Below, piece by piece: positions 18,523 through 28,009 of a stretch of 64,000 bases of DNA (position 1 is its first letter; each line of letters opens with the position of its first letter). The DNA lies in assembly GCA_001513185.1 (NCBI GenBank), contig LFST01000051.1:374-64373 (forward strand), written 5' to 3'. A model generated the notes under the pieces. That model was not told the origin of the DNA. It made no database searches and saw only the letters and a program-made list of their open reading frames with translations. The stretch comes from Candidatus Fermentithermobacillaceae bacterium DTU015 (lineage in GTDB: Bacteria; Bacillota; Sulfobacillia; Fermentithermobacillales; Fermentithermobacillaceae). A program made the position numbers and the translations under genes.

Positions 18523-20866
18523 ACTTCTGGAATACGAAAAGATCCAGGAAATGCTTGCTGCCCAGGCTGATACGCCTATGGGGAGGCGTCTAGCCAAAAG
18601 GGCATTTCCTGTTGATGTACACACTGCAAGACACCGCCAAAAGGTAGGCCGGGAGATTGCCCAGGCCCTGGGCAAGACATCCCTGCCGGTCATCCCTCAG
18701 GTCAGGGATGTTACCAATCTAATATCAGGGGCCATGCAAGGAGCTCAGCTTGCGCCCCACGACTTGAGGGATGTGCTCAATCTCCTGGTAGCATGCGATA
18801 CGGTCTCATCATGGATCGGGCGGCTTAATGAGGATTTCCGGCAACTTCACGCCTTAAGGCGCAAGCTGCCCCAGCAACCGCTGCTTAGGGACAAGCTGGC
18901 CGGTACAGTTGATGAGCAAGGAGAGATCAAAGATACCGCCAGCCCCAAACTTCAGTCTATCAGGAAATCATACAGGGATGCCCAAGAAAGGCTGAGAAAA
19001 CGGGCTGAAGCCATGACACGCCAACCCGGCATTGCCCAGTACCTTCAGGAACCGATAGTCACTTTCCGCAACGGGCGATACGTGCTTCCGGTAAAACAGG
19101 AATACGCGTCTAAGATCCAAGGAATCGTACACGACCATTCTGCATCAGGGCAGACCGTGTTTCTCGAGCCTTCTGAGCTGCTCGAAATGGCAAACCAAGT
19201 AAGACGGCTGGAACTCTTGGAACGGGACGAAATTGAAAGGATCCTTTCCGAAGTATCAGCGTGGATCGGCCAAGTCGGGCCAGAACTCATTGCCGGCATT
19301 GAAGCTTTGGGAGAGTTTGACCTAGGCGTCGCCAAGGCCAGGCTCGCCTCCAAGTGGAACGGATGTTTTCCCACATTGACCGATGATTTTGCCGTCTCCC
19401 TGGTGAGAGCGTGGCATCCCCTTCTGAAAGGAGATCCTGTACCCCTTGACATCCATCTGGACGAAACAGGGGTAAGAACCGTTGTTGTGACCGGGCCAAA
19501 CATGGGCGGGAAGACGGTGTCCCTTAAGACCTGCGGGCTGCTTGTGGCAATGGCCCTGGCAGGGATGCCGTGCCCTTGCGATCCAAAGACTCAAATAGGC
19601 GACATCAAAGCGATCTTGTGCGACATAGGTGACGAGCAATCCATCGAAGCCAACTTGAGCACCTTTTCGGCACACATCACCAACATAAAACACATCCTAG
19701 CCGAATCTGGCAGGGGTAAGCTGGTGCTTATTGATGAGCTGGGCGCGGGTACGGACCCAAAAGAAGGAGCTGCCTTGGCCCAGGCTATCCTAGAGAAAAT
19801 CCACAATTCAGGGGCGCTATGCGTTGTCACCAGCCACTATGGTGAGCTCAAAATCCTGGCCGAAAAAACCCAGGGGATGGCCAATGCTAGCATGGAATGG
19901 GACAGCCTCAACTTGGTGCCCACTTTCAGGCTGGTAGTGGGTAGGCCGGGCAGATCCCATGCGTTCTTGGTGGCAAAGAGGCTAGGTCTGGACGAGGACG
20001 TGTTAGACCGCGCCAAGGAGCTAATCCCTGAAGACGTAATCAGACTGGAAGATATTATCGCCGACATGGAGGCCCAATCCCAGAGGGCTAGGGAAGAAGC
20101 TGAAAGGGCTGCAGCTGAGAGGGCTGTTTATCAAGAGCTGCGAAGCGAATATGAGCACAAGCTAAGCTCCTTGGAAGCCCAGCGGAAAAAGGTATTGAGA
20201 GATGCCAGGCGAGAGGCACAATCCATCATCGCCAGGGCAAAGGTTGAATTCGAAAAAGCGCTGCAGGAGATCAAAGACAGCCGGCGTCAGACTTCCGGGG
20301 ATTTCCACGACACTGCATCCAAAATCCGCTCAAGGCTCGCCCGAATCCAGGCAGACCTGACAGATCCAGAGGACGAATTGCCCGCAGGCGAACCTCTGTC
20401 CATCGAGAGCCTGGAAGCAGGCATGCAGGTAATGGTGTCCGGGTTTTCTGAACCTGGGACTGTATTGGAAGTATCCGGCTCAGATGATGTGGTGGTACAA
20501 ATCGGAAACTTCAAGCTTAGGACGGAGATCAGCCGTCTAACCGGAGCACCACAAAAGACCGGCAGGCGGGAGCCGCTTTCAGGGGTTTTGAGCGCAGCTC
20601 AAGACAAGGCCCTGAACGTTTCCCCCCGGGTGGACCTGCGCGGGATGACCAAGGAAGAGGCGCTCATGACCTTGGACAAATATATCGACGACGCTCTCCT
20701 GGCTGCTATACCCGAAATCACCATTATCCACGGAAAGGGCACGGGCACCTTGCGCCAAGCCGTAGAAGAGTATCTCAAGTCAAACCAGAAATATATCGCC
20801 GGCTACCGCCTCGGCGAGCCATCGGAAGGCGGTACCGGCGTGACGATTGCAAGACTTAAGACTTAA
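18503..20866 (+). CDS. mutS2: endonuclease MutS2 (MutS domain V ATPase plus C-terminal Smr)
   Basis: Walker A GPNMGGKT, LIDELGAGTDPKEG, C-terminal Smr (VDLRGMTKEEALMTLDKYIDDA..ITIIHGKGTGTLR). Confidence 0.95.
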   Translation: MDQKTLELLEYEKIQEMLAAQADTPMGRRLAKRAFPVDVHTARHRQKVGREIAQALGKTSLPVIPQVRDVTNLISGAMQGAQLAPHDLRDVLNLLVACDTVSSWIGRLNEDFRQLHALRRKLPQQPLLRDKLAGTVDEQGEIKDTASPKLQSIRKSYRDAQERLRKRAEAMTRQPGIAQYLQEPIVTFRNGRYVLPVKQEYASKIQGIVHDHSASGQTVFLEPSELLEMANQVRRLELLERDEIERILSEVSAWIGQVGPELIAGIEALGEFDLGVAKARLASKWNGCFPTLTDDFAVSLVRAWHPLLKGDPVPLDIHLDETGVRTVVVTGPNMGGKTVSLKTCGLLVAMALAGMPCPCDPKTQIGDIKAILCDIGDEQSIEANLSTFSAHITNIKHILAESGRGKLVLIDELGAGTDPKEGAALAQAILEKIHNSGALCVVTSHYGELKILAEKTQGMANASMEWDSLNLVPTFRLVVGRPGRSHAFLVAKRLGLDEDVLDRAKELIPEDVIRLEDIIADMEAQSQRAREEAERAAAERAVYQELRSEYEHKLSSLEAQRKKVLRDARREAQSIIARAKVEFEKALQEIKDSRRQTSGDFHDTASKIRSRLARIQADLTDPEDELPAGEPLSIESLEAGMQVMVSGFSEPGTVLEVSGSDDVVVQIGNFKLRTEISRLTGAPQKTGRREPLSGVLSAAQDKALNVSPRVDLRGMTKEEALMTLDKYIDDALLAAIPEITIIHGKGTGTLRQAVEEYLKSNQKYIAGYRLGEPSEGGTGVTIARLKT

Positions 20867-20869
20867 CTT

Positions 20870-23083
20870 CTAAGCTCCTGAGCCTGGGTGGGTTGCCCCA
20901 GGGTCAACTACAGGCCCCTCTTGGGAGCTGTCATCAGGCTGAGGTGAATCAGGCCTGGATGCCTGGCCCGGTTCGGGAGCGTGTTCATTACCATGCCCGT
21001 CTCCAGGTGCCCCGGGTGCATCATCTTCCGGGAAGGGCCAACCAGGTGCCCCATGTGAATGATAATCGCAGACGGAAGTAGGCGTTTTGCCCCTGACTCC
21101 CAGTTCGGTTATTATGTCCTCTGCAGGGCAGTATGGGCTCGGCAAGAGCCCTGACTTCTGGCACACTTGGATTTCTACTATAGTATCTGGGCGGGTGAAG
21201 TCTTCAACGGGCATCTCAGCGGTGATCGCACTCATCATCTTGTTCCAGATCCTGGCCGGATAGCTCCCACCGGTGATCTTCCACTGGGACATGGTCTTTT
21301 CTTGGTCATAGCCCATCCATACCACACCCACGGTGCTGGGAGTGTAGCCCACAAACCAGGCGTCCTTCCAGTCGCTTGTGGTACCCGTCTTGCCTGCCGC
21401 AGGCCTGCCGAAATAGGCTGCTTGCCCTGTGCCTCCTGGCTTTGTGAGTACATCCTGCAGCATGCTTGTCATAAGGTACGCCGATTCTTCAGAAATCACG
21501 ATCTGCCTGTTTATGCTGTGTTCCTCAAGCACGTTGCCGTTCTTGTCTTCCACTCTGAGGATGGATAGGGGTTCAACCTGGATCCCCCGGTTGGCTATTG
21601 TGCCAAAAGCCACGGCCATGTCCAGAGGCTTCACCCCGTAGGTAAGCCCGCCAAGGGCCAGGGAGCGGGTGAGGTCGGAAACGCCGCCTGACTTGACAAG
21701 GGTGGTTATCCCGAGTTTCTCAGACCACTCGAGGCTGGTCCTAAGGCCTATCATGTCCTGGACCCTGCACGCCACCACGTTCAAAGACTCTCTTACGGCG
21801 GTCCTCATTGTGACCAAACCTTTAAAGGTACCGCTGTAGTTTCTGGGCGAGAACTGTTCGCCTGTGGTGGGATCTACCCAGGTCACCGGGGAATCGTCTA
21901 TTACCGTATAAGGTCCCAGCCCTTGTTCTAATGCCGGTATATAAACTGAGATAGGTTTAAAGGCAGAACCAGGCTGGCGCTGGGCATCGATGGCACGGTT
22001 CCACCCCAGCATACTTTCGTGCCGACGGCCTCCCACAATGGCGAGAAGATGTCCAGTCTTCACATCCATGACTACTACGGCAGCTTCTACGTTGTCTTCA
22101 CCGGACTTATACGGGAACACCGGATCCAGCACTTCTTTCACTGCGGCCTCTGCTGCCCTTTGGGCGGCTGGGCTATAGGTGGTATACACCCGCAAGCCTC
22201 CGCCGTACACCAAGTCTGCAGGATAACGGGAAAGGAGCTGCTGTAGCACGTAATCCAGGAAGTATCCGCCTTCTGTCACCATCTTAGGCTCGTAGTCTAT
22301 GATGTTGAGGGGTTTGCTCTTGTAAAACTCTGCCTCGTCCCGGGTAATAAACCCATATTCCGCCATTTGATTCAACACTGTATTGCGCCTGTTTACCGAT
22401 TGCTCAATATTATCCTTGTTGCCGTAATAAGACGGAGCCCGTATCGCCCCTGCCAGAAACGCAGCCTCGTCCACAGTGATTTCAGATACAGGCTTGCCGA
22501 AGTAAGCCCTCGCGGCAGCTTCAACCCCATGGGCCCCGCGGCCGAAGTGAATCTGGTTGAGGTACATCTCCAGGATTTCCTTCTTGGTGTACTTGCGCTC
22601 CATAAGTACCGCAACTATTACGTCTTGGACTTTCCGCTTAAGCGTCCTGTCCTGCTCCAGAAAAGCGATCTTGGCAAGCTGCTGGGTGATGGTGCTGCCG
22701 CCCTGCAGGGTCTCGTCATCTCTTATGTTTTGATATAAAGCCCTTAGGATTGCCCTGATATCGAACCCCGGATGGCTGTAAAACCTATGGTCCTCGGCTG
22801 CCAAAACAGCATCTATCAGGTGTTGAGGTATCTCGTTTATGGAAACGGGGATCCGGTATTCACTTGACCTCAGCTCGGTCCATACGTCTCCGTTGCGGTC
22901 ATACACTATTGAAATCTCGTCGGCCTGTGGCTCAAGACCTGCAAGCGCCGGTAGGTCCTGTATTGCCGATATTACCACCGCCGCTGCAAAACCTAATCCA
23001 ACAAGCACCAGTCCCAGAAAGACGTATATTGCTATATCCAGAGCCCGGATGCCCTTCCTGACCCGTCGTCTCCTCTTAGCCAT
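20870..23083 (-). CDS. class A penicillin-binding protein (PBP1A-type glycosyltransferase/transpeptidase) with a Pro/Gly/Asp-rich C-terminal tail
   Basis: GT51 motifs AAEDHRFYSHPGFD and GGSTITQQLAK. Transpeptidase SAFKP, SLN and KTGTT. This is the only minus-strand gene. Confidence 0.93.
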   Translation of the reverse strand: MAKRRRRVRKGIRALDIAIYVFLGLVLVGLGFAAAVVISAIQDLPALAGLEPQADEISIVYDRNGDVWTELRSSEYRIPVSINEIPQHLIDAVLAAEDHRFYSHPGFDIRAILRALYQNIRDDETLQGGSTITQQLAKIAFLEQDRTLKRKVQDVIVAVLMERKYTKKEILEMYLNQIHFGRGAHGVEAAARAYFGKPVSEITVDEAAFLAGAIRAPSYYGNKDNIEQSVNRRNTVLNQMAEYGFITRDEAEFYKSKPLNIIDYEPKMVTEGGYFLDYVLQQLLSRYPADLVYGGGLRVYTTYSPAAQRAAEAAVKEVLDPVFPYKSGEDNVEAAVVVMDVKTGHLLAIVGGRRHESMLGWNRAIDAQRQPGSAFKPISVYIPALEQGLGPYTVIDDSPVTWVDPTTGEQFSPRNYSGTFKGLVTMRTAVRESLNVVACRVQDMIGLRTSLEWSEKLGITTLVKSGGVSDLTRSLALGGLTYGVKPLDMAVAFGTIANRGIQVEPLSILRVEDKNGNVLEEHSINRQIVISEESAYLMTSMLQDVLTKPGGTGQAAYFGRPAAGKTGTTSDWKDAWFVGYTPSTVGVVWMGYDQEKTMSQWKITGGSYPARIWNKMMSAITAEMPVEDFTRPDTIVEIQVCQKSGLLPSPYCPAEDIITELGVRGKTPTSVCDYHSHGAPGWPFPEDDAPGAPGDGHGNEHAPEPGQASRPDSPQPDDSSQEGPVVDPGATHPGSGA

Positions 23084-23211
23084 AAATTACTACCTCCAGC
23101 GGTTGTCTATGTTGAGTTGCTCCGTTGTCATCGCCGCAAGTATTTTATTTTATTCGTTCAGCTACTTTCCTCCCTGATATCAGACGAAGGAAGCAGTAAT
23201 AAGGTGTCACC

Positions 23212-23222
23212 ATTATACCATT
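23212..23222 (-). promoter_or_regulatory. putative extended -10 (TGgTATAAT on minus strand) for the PBP1A gene
   Basis: Plus-strand ATTATACCATT is the exact reverse complement of AATGGTATAAT at 23254-23264. No good -35. Confidence 0.3.
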
Positions 23223-23253
23223 TTCGCTGAACGGCTTCTTGAGGCCTGTCAGG

Positions 23254-23264
23254 AATGGTATAAT
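23254..23264 (+). promoter_or_regulatory. putative extended -10 (TGgTATAAT) promoter for tyrS
   Basis: AATGGTATAAT lies about 30 nt upstream of the tyrS start. Weak -35. Confidence 0.4.
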
Positions 23265-23294
23265 CAAACGAAAAACCCAAGGAGGGTCAGTGCG

Positions 23295-24527
23295 TTGGGA
23301 AAATTGGAAGCTGAAGTTAACCATCAGGTGGAATTACTCAGCCAACGGGCGGCAATGCTGGTAACCGAGGAAGAACTTAGGGCCAAGATAAGGCGTTCTT
23401 TGGAAAAGCAACAGCCGCTCAAAGTAAAATTGGGGGTAGATCCCAGTGCCCCTGACATACACCTTGGCCACATAGTGGTCATGCGGAAACTCAGGGAATT
23501 TCAGGAACTGGGTCATGAGATATACTTCGTAATCGGTGACTTCACCGGGATGATCGGAGACCCCAGCGGCAGGTCAAAGACCAGGCGTCAGCTGTCAAGG
23601 GAAGAAGTTGAAGCCAACGCCCGTACATATCATGAACAGGCAACCCTTATCCTGGATCCCGATAAGACACATGTGGTGTTCAATTCATCCTGGCTGTCAC
23701 CCCTGACCTTTGCGGATCTTGTCACTCTGGCTTCCAAGTTTACCGTTGCCCGGATGCTCGAGAGGGACGATTTCCACAAACGCTATACAGCCGGCCAGGC
23801 CATCGGCATTCATGAATTCTTATACCCCCTGGCCCAAGCGTACGATTCAATCGCCATAGGCGCTGACGTGGAGCTTGGAGGCACCGACCAAACTTTCAAC
23901 CTTTTGGTAGGCAGGGACCTGCAGCCCCATTACGGGCAAGAGCCGCAGATTGCGCTGACCATGCCGCTTCTTGTAGGCACCGACGGAAAAGAGAAGATGT
24001 CCAAGAGCTTGGGCAACTACATCGGTGTCACAGACAACCCCAATGACATGTATGGAAAAGTGATGTCCATCCCCGATGAGGTAATGGGCGACTACTTCGA
24101 ACTCATCTTGGCAGAGCCTAAACAATCCGTCAAAACCATGATGCGGGACATAGAGACGGGTAAACGCCATCCCATGGATGTAAAGATGGAATTGGCCAGA
24201 AGAATCGTGGCGGAATTCCACGGCCTGAGCGCGGCAAACACCGCCCAAGACAATTTCTTGCGGGTATTTCGGGAAGATGCCTTGCCCGATGACATTGAGA
24301 CGGTAGAGCTGGAAAATGTAAGAGCAGGGGAAGAAGTCGGCCTCGCACGGCTTATTGCAACCTGCGGGCTGGCGCCGTCTTCGTCTGAAGCCAGGCGGCT
24401 CATCCAGAGCGGCGCAGTGAGGGTCAACCGCGAACGGCTCACTGATCCCTTTGGTTCAGTGAGAGTTACAGACGGGATGCTGATTCAAGTAGGCAAACGC
24501 CGGATCTGCAGGGTCAGTGTGAAATAG
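23295..24527 (+). CDS. tyrS: tyrosine--tRNA ligase
   Basis: HIGH-type motif DIHLGH, KMSKS, C-terminal S4 domain ([21 protein letters not shown]). GGAGGG lies 8 nt before the TTG at 23295. Confidence 0.95.
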   Translation: MGKLEAEVNHQVELLSQRAAMLVTEEELRAKIRRSLEKQQPLKVKLGVDPSAPDIHLGHIVVMRKLREFQELGHEIYFVIGDFTGMIGDPSGRSKTRRQLSREEVEANARTYHEQATLILDPDKTHVVFNSSWLSPLTFADLVTLASKFTVARMLERDDFHKRYTAGQAIGIHEFLYPLAQAYDSIAIGADVELGGTDQTFNLLVGRDLQPHYGQEPQIALTMPLLVGTDGKEKMSKSLGNYIGVTDNPNDMYGKVMSIPDEVMGDYFELILAEPKQSVKTMMRDIETGKRHPMDVKMELARRIVAEFHGLSAANTAQDNFLRVFREDALPDDIETVELENVRAGEEVGLARLIATCGLAPSSSEARRLIQSGAVRVNRERLTDPFGSVRVTDGMLIQVGKRRICRVSVK

Positions 24528-24554
24528 CTCGTTTTTTGGCCTGTTGCGAACTTT

Positions 24555-25265
24555 ATGGCGAATATTTGCATAACAATGAGAGGCTACTTTTTGAGAAAGG
24601 AGCTTCTCATTATTTTCGGCAGAAGGTTCTTAGGGAAAAAGAGGCGCTTGCATGCGCCCTCTCTGGCCTTAATAGGGGTTTGCGTGGCGCTTGTTTGTTT
24701 GTTTATTGCAGTCGAAAGAGGCATGATCCCCACTTTGATAGCTATCTCAGAGTCAAGGGCAACGGCCATAGCTAACGAAGCTATCCGCCAAGCCATAAGC
24801 TTGCACGTAGACTCACTGCTCCAAGACAAGAAGCTCTTGGACTTCCACGCAGGACCCGGAGGAGAGCTTATGTATGTGCAAACCAACACCTCTGACCTCA
24901 ACCAGATACAGGCAGAAGCACTGGCCATATTGCAAGAAACCATAAAGCACCTGGAAGGATTTGAAGTCCGGATCCCCCTTGGGCAGGCTCTAGGCTCAAA
25001 AATCCTTGCGTCAAAGGGTCCCCGCATTAAGGTTACCATGTTTCCCTACGGGTCTGTGAATGTACAGGTCATGGACAGCTTTGAAGTTACAGGCATTAAC
25101 CAGATAAAATACAGCCTATACCTCAGGGCGATCTACACCTTGCAGGTGGTAATCCCCCTCATCTCTTCCAAGACCCATGTTTCCATGGATGTGCCCCTGG
25201 CAACAGTACTCATCCCGGGTAAGGTACCCGACACCTACCTCATGTTTCCATACGAGATACGGTGA
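24555..25265 (+). CDS. yunB: sporulation protein YunB (start uncertain; alternative ATG 24576)
   Basis: N-terminal TM, then IPLGQALGSKILASKGPRIKVTMFPYGSV...GINQIKYSLYL...VVIPL, which matches the Spore_YunB family pattern as I recall it. Confidence 0.7.
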   Translation: MANICITMRGYFLRKELLIIFGRRFLGKKRRLHAPSLALIGVCVALVCLFIAVERGMIPTLIAISESRATAIANEAIRQAISLHVDSLLQDKKLLDFHAGPGGELMYVQTNTSDLNQIQAEALAILQETIKHLEGFEVRIPLGQALGSKILASKGPRIKVTMFPYGSVNVQVMDSFEVTGINQIKYSLYLRAIYTLQVVIPLISSKTHVSMDVPLATVLIPGKVPDTYLMFPYEIR

Positions 25266-25307
25266 TTTTGCCGGCGGCCCTTCACAAGCTGAACCATCTG
25301 GAGGATA

Positions 25308-26090
25308 ATGTTCTTAAAGCACTGCTCCGAGGTGATTGTGTTGCAAGATGTCCGCCAGCTTGCTGCCTCAATTTCAGGCTGGATGCGGAAACTAAGTGAT
25401 TCGGCGGGTGCAGCCGGGGGAATTTTCGGGGTTTCAGGCGGGCTGGATTCAGCGCTCCTGGTCGCCCTGGCCAAACAGGCATGGCAGCAAAACTGCATGG
25501 GCCTTGTGCTCCCGTGCCATTCGGCAAAGCAGGATGTAGATGACGCCATTTACGTGCTGAGGCACTTTGACTGCAGATACAAGCTGCTGGATCTGACCCC
25601 GGTATTTGACGCGTTCATTTCAATTCTGGGGCAAGCAGACGGGCAAGCGGGGTTCATGGCCCGGGCCAACCTAAAGCCACGCCTCAGGATGGCCGCGCTT
25701 TATTATTACGCAAATATGATGAACTACATGGTAGTGGGCACGACCAACAGGAGCGAGTATTTTGTAGGCTATTTCACCAAGTATGGTGACGGGGGAGTAG
25801 ACATGCTGCCCCTGGCAAACCTCACCAAGAGTGAAGTGAGGCAGCTGTCCAAGGCACTCGGAGTCCCTGACAGGATCCTGGCGAAGACACCTTCAGGGGG
25901 GCTTTGGGAAGGACAGACTGATGAGGCGGAAATGGGGTTCTCATACACACTGTTGGATGCATACCTGAGAGGTGAACCCATCCCCCAAGACGTCCAAGCA
26001 AGGATTATGGAAATGCATAGGAAAAGCGATCATAAGCGAAACCTTCCGCCGATTCCTGCTCCCGGCATTGATTTTCTCAAGGAGGAATGA
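25308..26090 (+). CDS. nadE: ammonia-dependent NAD+ synthetase
   Basis: PP-loop GVSGGLDSALL, VVGTTNRSEYFVGYFTKYGDGG, GLWEGQTDEAEMGFSY. Confidence 0.93.
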   Translation: MFLKHCSEVIVLQDVRQLAASISGWMRKLSDSAGAAGGIFGVSGGLDSALLVALAKQAWQQNCMGLVLPCHSAKQDVDDAIYVLRHFDCRYKLLDLTPVFDAFISILGQADGQAGFMARANLKPRLRMAALYYYANMMNYMVVGTTNRSEYFVGYFTKYGDGGVDMLPLANLTKSEVRQLSKALGVPDRILAKTPSGGLWEGQTDEAEMGFSYTLLDAYLRGEPIPQDVQARIMEMHRKSDHKRNLPPIPAPGIDFLKEE

Positions 26091-26093
26091 GTT

Positions 26094-26840
26094 TTGGCAG
26101 GACACTCAAAATGGTCCAACATCAAACGTAAGAAGGCCAGAATGGACGCTCAGCGTGCGAACATGATTTCCAAAGCGGTAAGAGAGGTGATGCTTGCCGC
26201 CAAAGCAGGGGGAGGTAATCCCGACACCAACGTCAGGTTGCGGATGGCCATAGAAAAGGCTAAATCGTATAACGTAAGTGCCGACAACATTGAGCGGGCC
26301 ATCAAACGTGGCACCGGCGAACTTGACAGCGGCCACGTGGAGGAGATCACCTATGAAGGGTACGGTCCGGGAGGGACCGCAGTGCTCGTAGAGGTTGCCA
26401 CCGACAACCGGAATCGAACTGCATCCGAAATCAGGCACTTGTTTTCAAAACACGGGGGCAAACTGGCTGAATTGGGGTCCGTCGCATGGATGTTCGACCC
26501 GCGGGGCTTCATCGCCCTGGACAAAGAGGGGCTTACTGAAGAAGAAGCTCTGGAGATGTGCATTGAAGCCGGAGCCCTTGATATGCAGGTTGAAGATGAC
26601 TGCTATGAAGTCTACACCGAGGTAGCCGACCTTGAACAAGTAAGGGCCAAGCTGGAAAGCGCCGGTGCGCGGATCCAAACTGCCGAATTGACCAAGGTAC
26701 CTAAGACATACGTCAACCTCGGCAGGGATGACGCCGAAAAGCTTCTGGCTCTCTTGGACGTATTGGAATCCCACGACGACGTCTCCAAAGTGTATGCCAA
26801 CTTCGACGTGCCTGACGAGCTCCTCAGCGCCGAAACCTAG
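26094..26840 (+). CDS. yebC: YebC/PmpR family DNA-binding transcriptional regulator
   Basis: MAGHSKWSNIKRKKA...GGNPDTNVRLRMAIEKAKSYNVSADNIERAIKRG is canonical. AAGGAGGA precedes the TTG start. Confidence 0.95.
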   Translation: MAGHSKWSNIKRKKARMDAQRANMISKAVREVMLAAKAGGGNPDTNVRLRMAIEKAKSYNVSADNIERAIKRGTGELDSGHVEEITYEGYGPGGTAVLVEVATDNRNRTASEIRHLFSKHGGKLAELGSVAWMFDPRGFIALDKEGLTEEEALEMCIEAGALDMQVEDDCYEVYTEVADLEQVRAKLESAGARIQTAELTKVPKTYVNLGRDDAEKLLALLDVLESHDDVSKVYANFDVPDELLSAET

Positions 26841-26866
26841 GTTCTAGACTTGTGCCAACTGCCAAT

Positions 26867-26895
26867 GTATACTACCTTCCTTCCTGGGAAACCTA
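26867..26895 (+). promoter_or_regulatory. possible forespore (sigma-F class) promoter upstream of the BofC-like gene
   Basis: GTATA (26867-26871), N14, GGGAAACCTA (26886-26895). One mismatch and a 1-nt short spacer relative to GYATA-N15-GGnnAnAnTW as I recall it. Confidence 0.3.
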
Positions 26896-26917
26896 AGTTT
26901 GCCTGGAGGGAGGGAAT

Positions 26918-27457
26918 ATGGAATCTAAGCGCTTAGGCGTAAAGCATTGGTTGTTTTTACTGGTACTGGGCAGCGGACTGCTCTTAGCCGGGTATTGGTT
27001 TTCAGCCCGCAGAGTGCCAGACCCTGACTTTGGTAGCCAAGCTTCTGTGGTACAGCTCATATACATCACCAAGTACAGCAAGTGTGGCGACACTGCTACT
27101 GTAACTACCGACATAAGCCGGGACGGCCTCGAGGGGTTGTTTGCGTCCTTGTCTGAAGACTGGAGCACCATGGAAGAGCGGGACGGGAAAATAGAATTGA
27201 CGAAGACCGTGGACGATTGGTGCCCCAATCACAACTATTACCGGCTGATCAAACTTTACCGGGGACATGTGGTTGTGTTCCGTGGCCAAGACCCCGACGA
27301 GAAGTTCATTATCCGGGGCTACAAAAACCTAGAAGAATCCGCCATCATACACCCGCAGACCCTTGACCAGCTAAGGCGGGGCATACTCCTGTACGATGAG
27401 GACCCCGGCCAGCTTGACATACTTGTACGGTCATACCTGGAAGGAATCACTGACTAG
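26918..27457 (+). CDS. BofC-like protein (forespore regulator of the sigma-K checkpoint family), N-terminal TM/signal
   Basis: Signal/TM segment, then ...KCGDT...W...IELTKTVDDWCPNH..YRLIKLYRGHVVVFRGQDPDEKFI...LRRGILLYD, the pattern typical of the BofC N-domain. bofC also neighbours the ruv genes in B. subtilis. Confidence 0.5.
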   Translation: MESKRLGVKHWLFLLVLGSGLLLAGYWFSARRVPDPDFGSQASVVQLIYITKYSKCGDTATVTTDISRDGLEGLFASLSEDWSTMEERDGKIELTKTVDDWCPNHNYYRLIKLYRGHVVVFRGQDPDEKFIIRGYKNLEESAIIHPQTLDQLRRGILLYDEDPGQLDILVRSYLEGITD

Positions 27458-27489
27458 CTTGTCGAACCCCCTAACCTGGGGGTATTAAC

Positions 27490-28002
27490 ATGCGGATCTT
27501 AGGGATCGACCCTGGCATTGCGCGGGTGGGCTGGGGCATAGTTGACGCCAGGAAACAAGACTTTGCTGCAATAGACTACGGGTGCATCACCACTCCTAAG
27601 GACCAAGGCCTCCCTGAGAGGCTGCTCTTCATTTTTGACACCTTGAACGCCCTGGTGGAAAAGTACTCCCCGGACCTTATGGCCGTTGAGGAGTTGTTCT
27701 TTGCGAAGAACGCCAAGACAGCCATTACCGTAGGCCATGGCCGCGGGGTATGCCTGTTAGTGGCAGGGAAGTGCGGCCTACCACTGGAAGAAGTGACTCC
27801 GTTGCAGGTAAAATCATCTATAGTAGGGTATGGAAATGCAACCAAAGAACAAGTAGGGGCAATGATAAAAAGCATTCTGGGCTTGTCAAGGATGCCCAGG
27901 CCCGATGACGTATGCGATGCCCTGGCAGTTGCAGTAGCTGCAGGCATCAAAAGGTCTTTCCGCGCCAGGGTTGTGCGTAGCCAGAAGACTGAGATGGGGT
28001 AA
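27490..28002 (+). CDS. ruvC: crossover junction endodeoxyribonuclease RuvC
   Basis: MRILGIDPGIARVGWGIV, AVEELFFAKNAKTAITVGHGRGV, RPDDVCDALAVAV. Confidence 0.95.
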   Translation: MRILGIDPGIARVGWGIVDARKQDFAAIDYGCITTPKDQGLPERLLFIFDTLNALVEKYSPDLMAVEELFFAKNAKTAITVGHGRGVCLLVAGKCGLPLEEVTPLQVKSSIVGYGNATKEQVGAMIKSILGLSRMPRPDDVCDALAVAVAAGIKRSFRARVVRSQKTEMG

Positions 28003-28009
28003 ACCGTAA

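Noticed and set aside
23084-23294. T-box leader upstream of tyrS
   Set aside because: I looked for the GGTGGTACCGCG-type motif, a specifier stem and a terminator and found none. The probable promoter leaves only a leader of about 25 nt.
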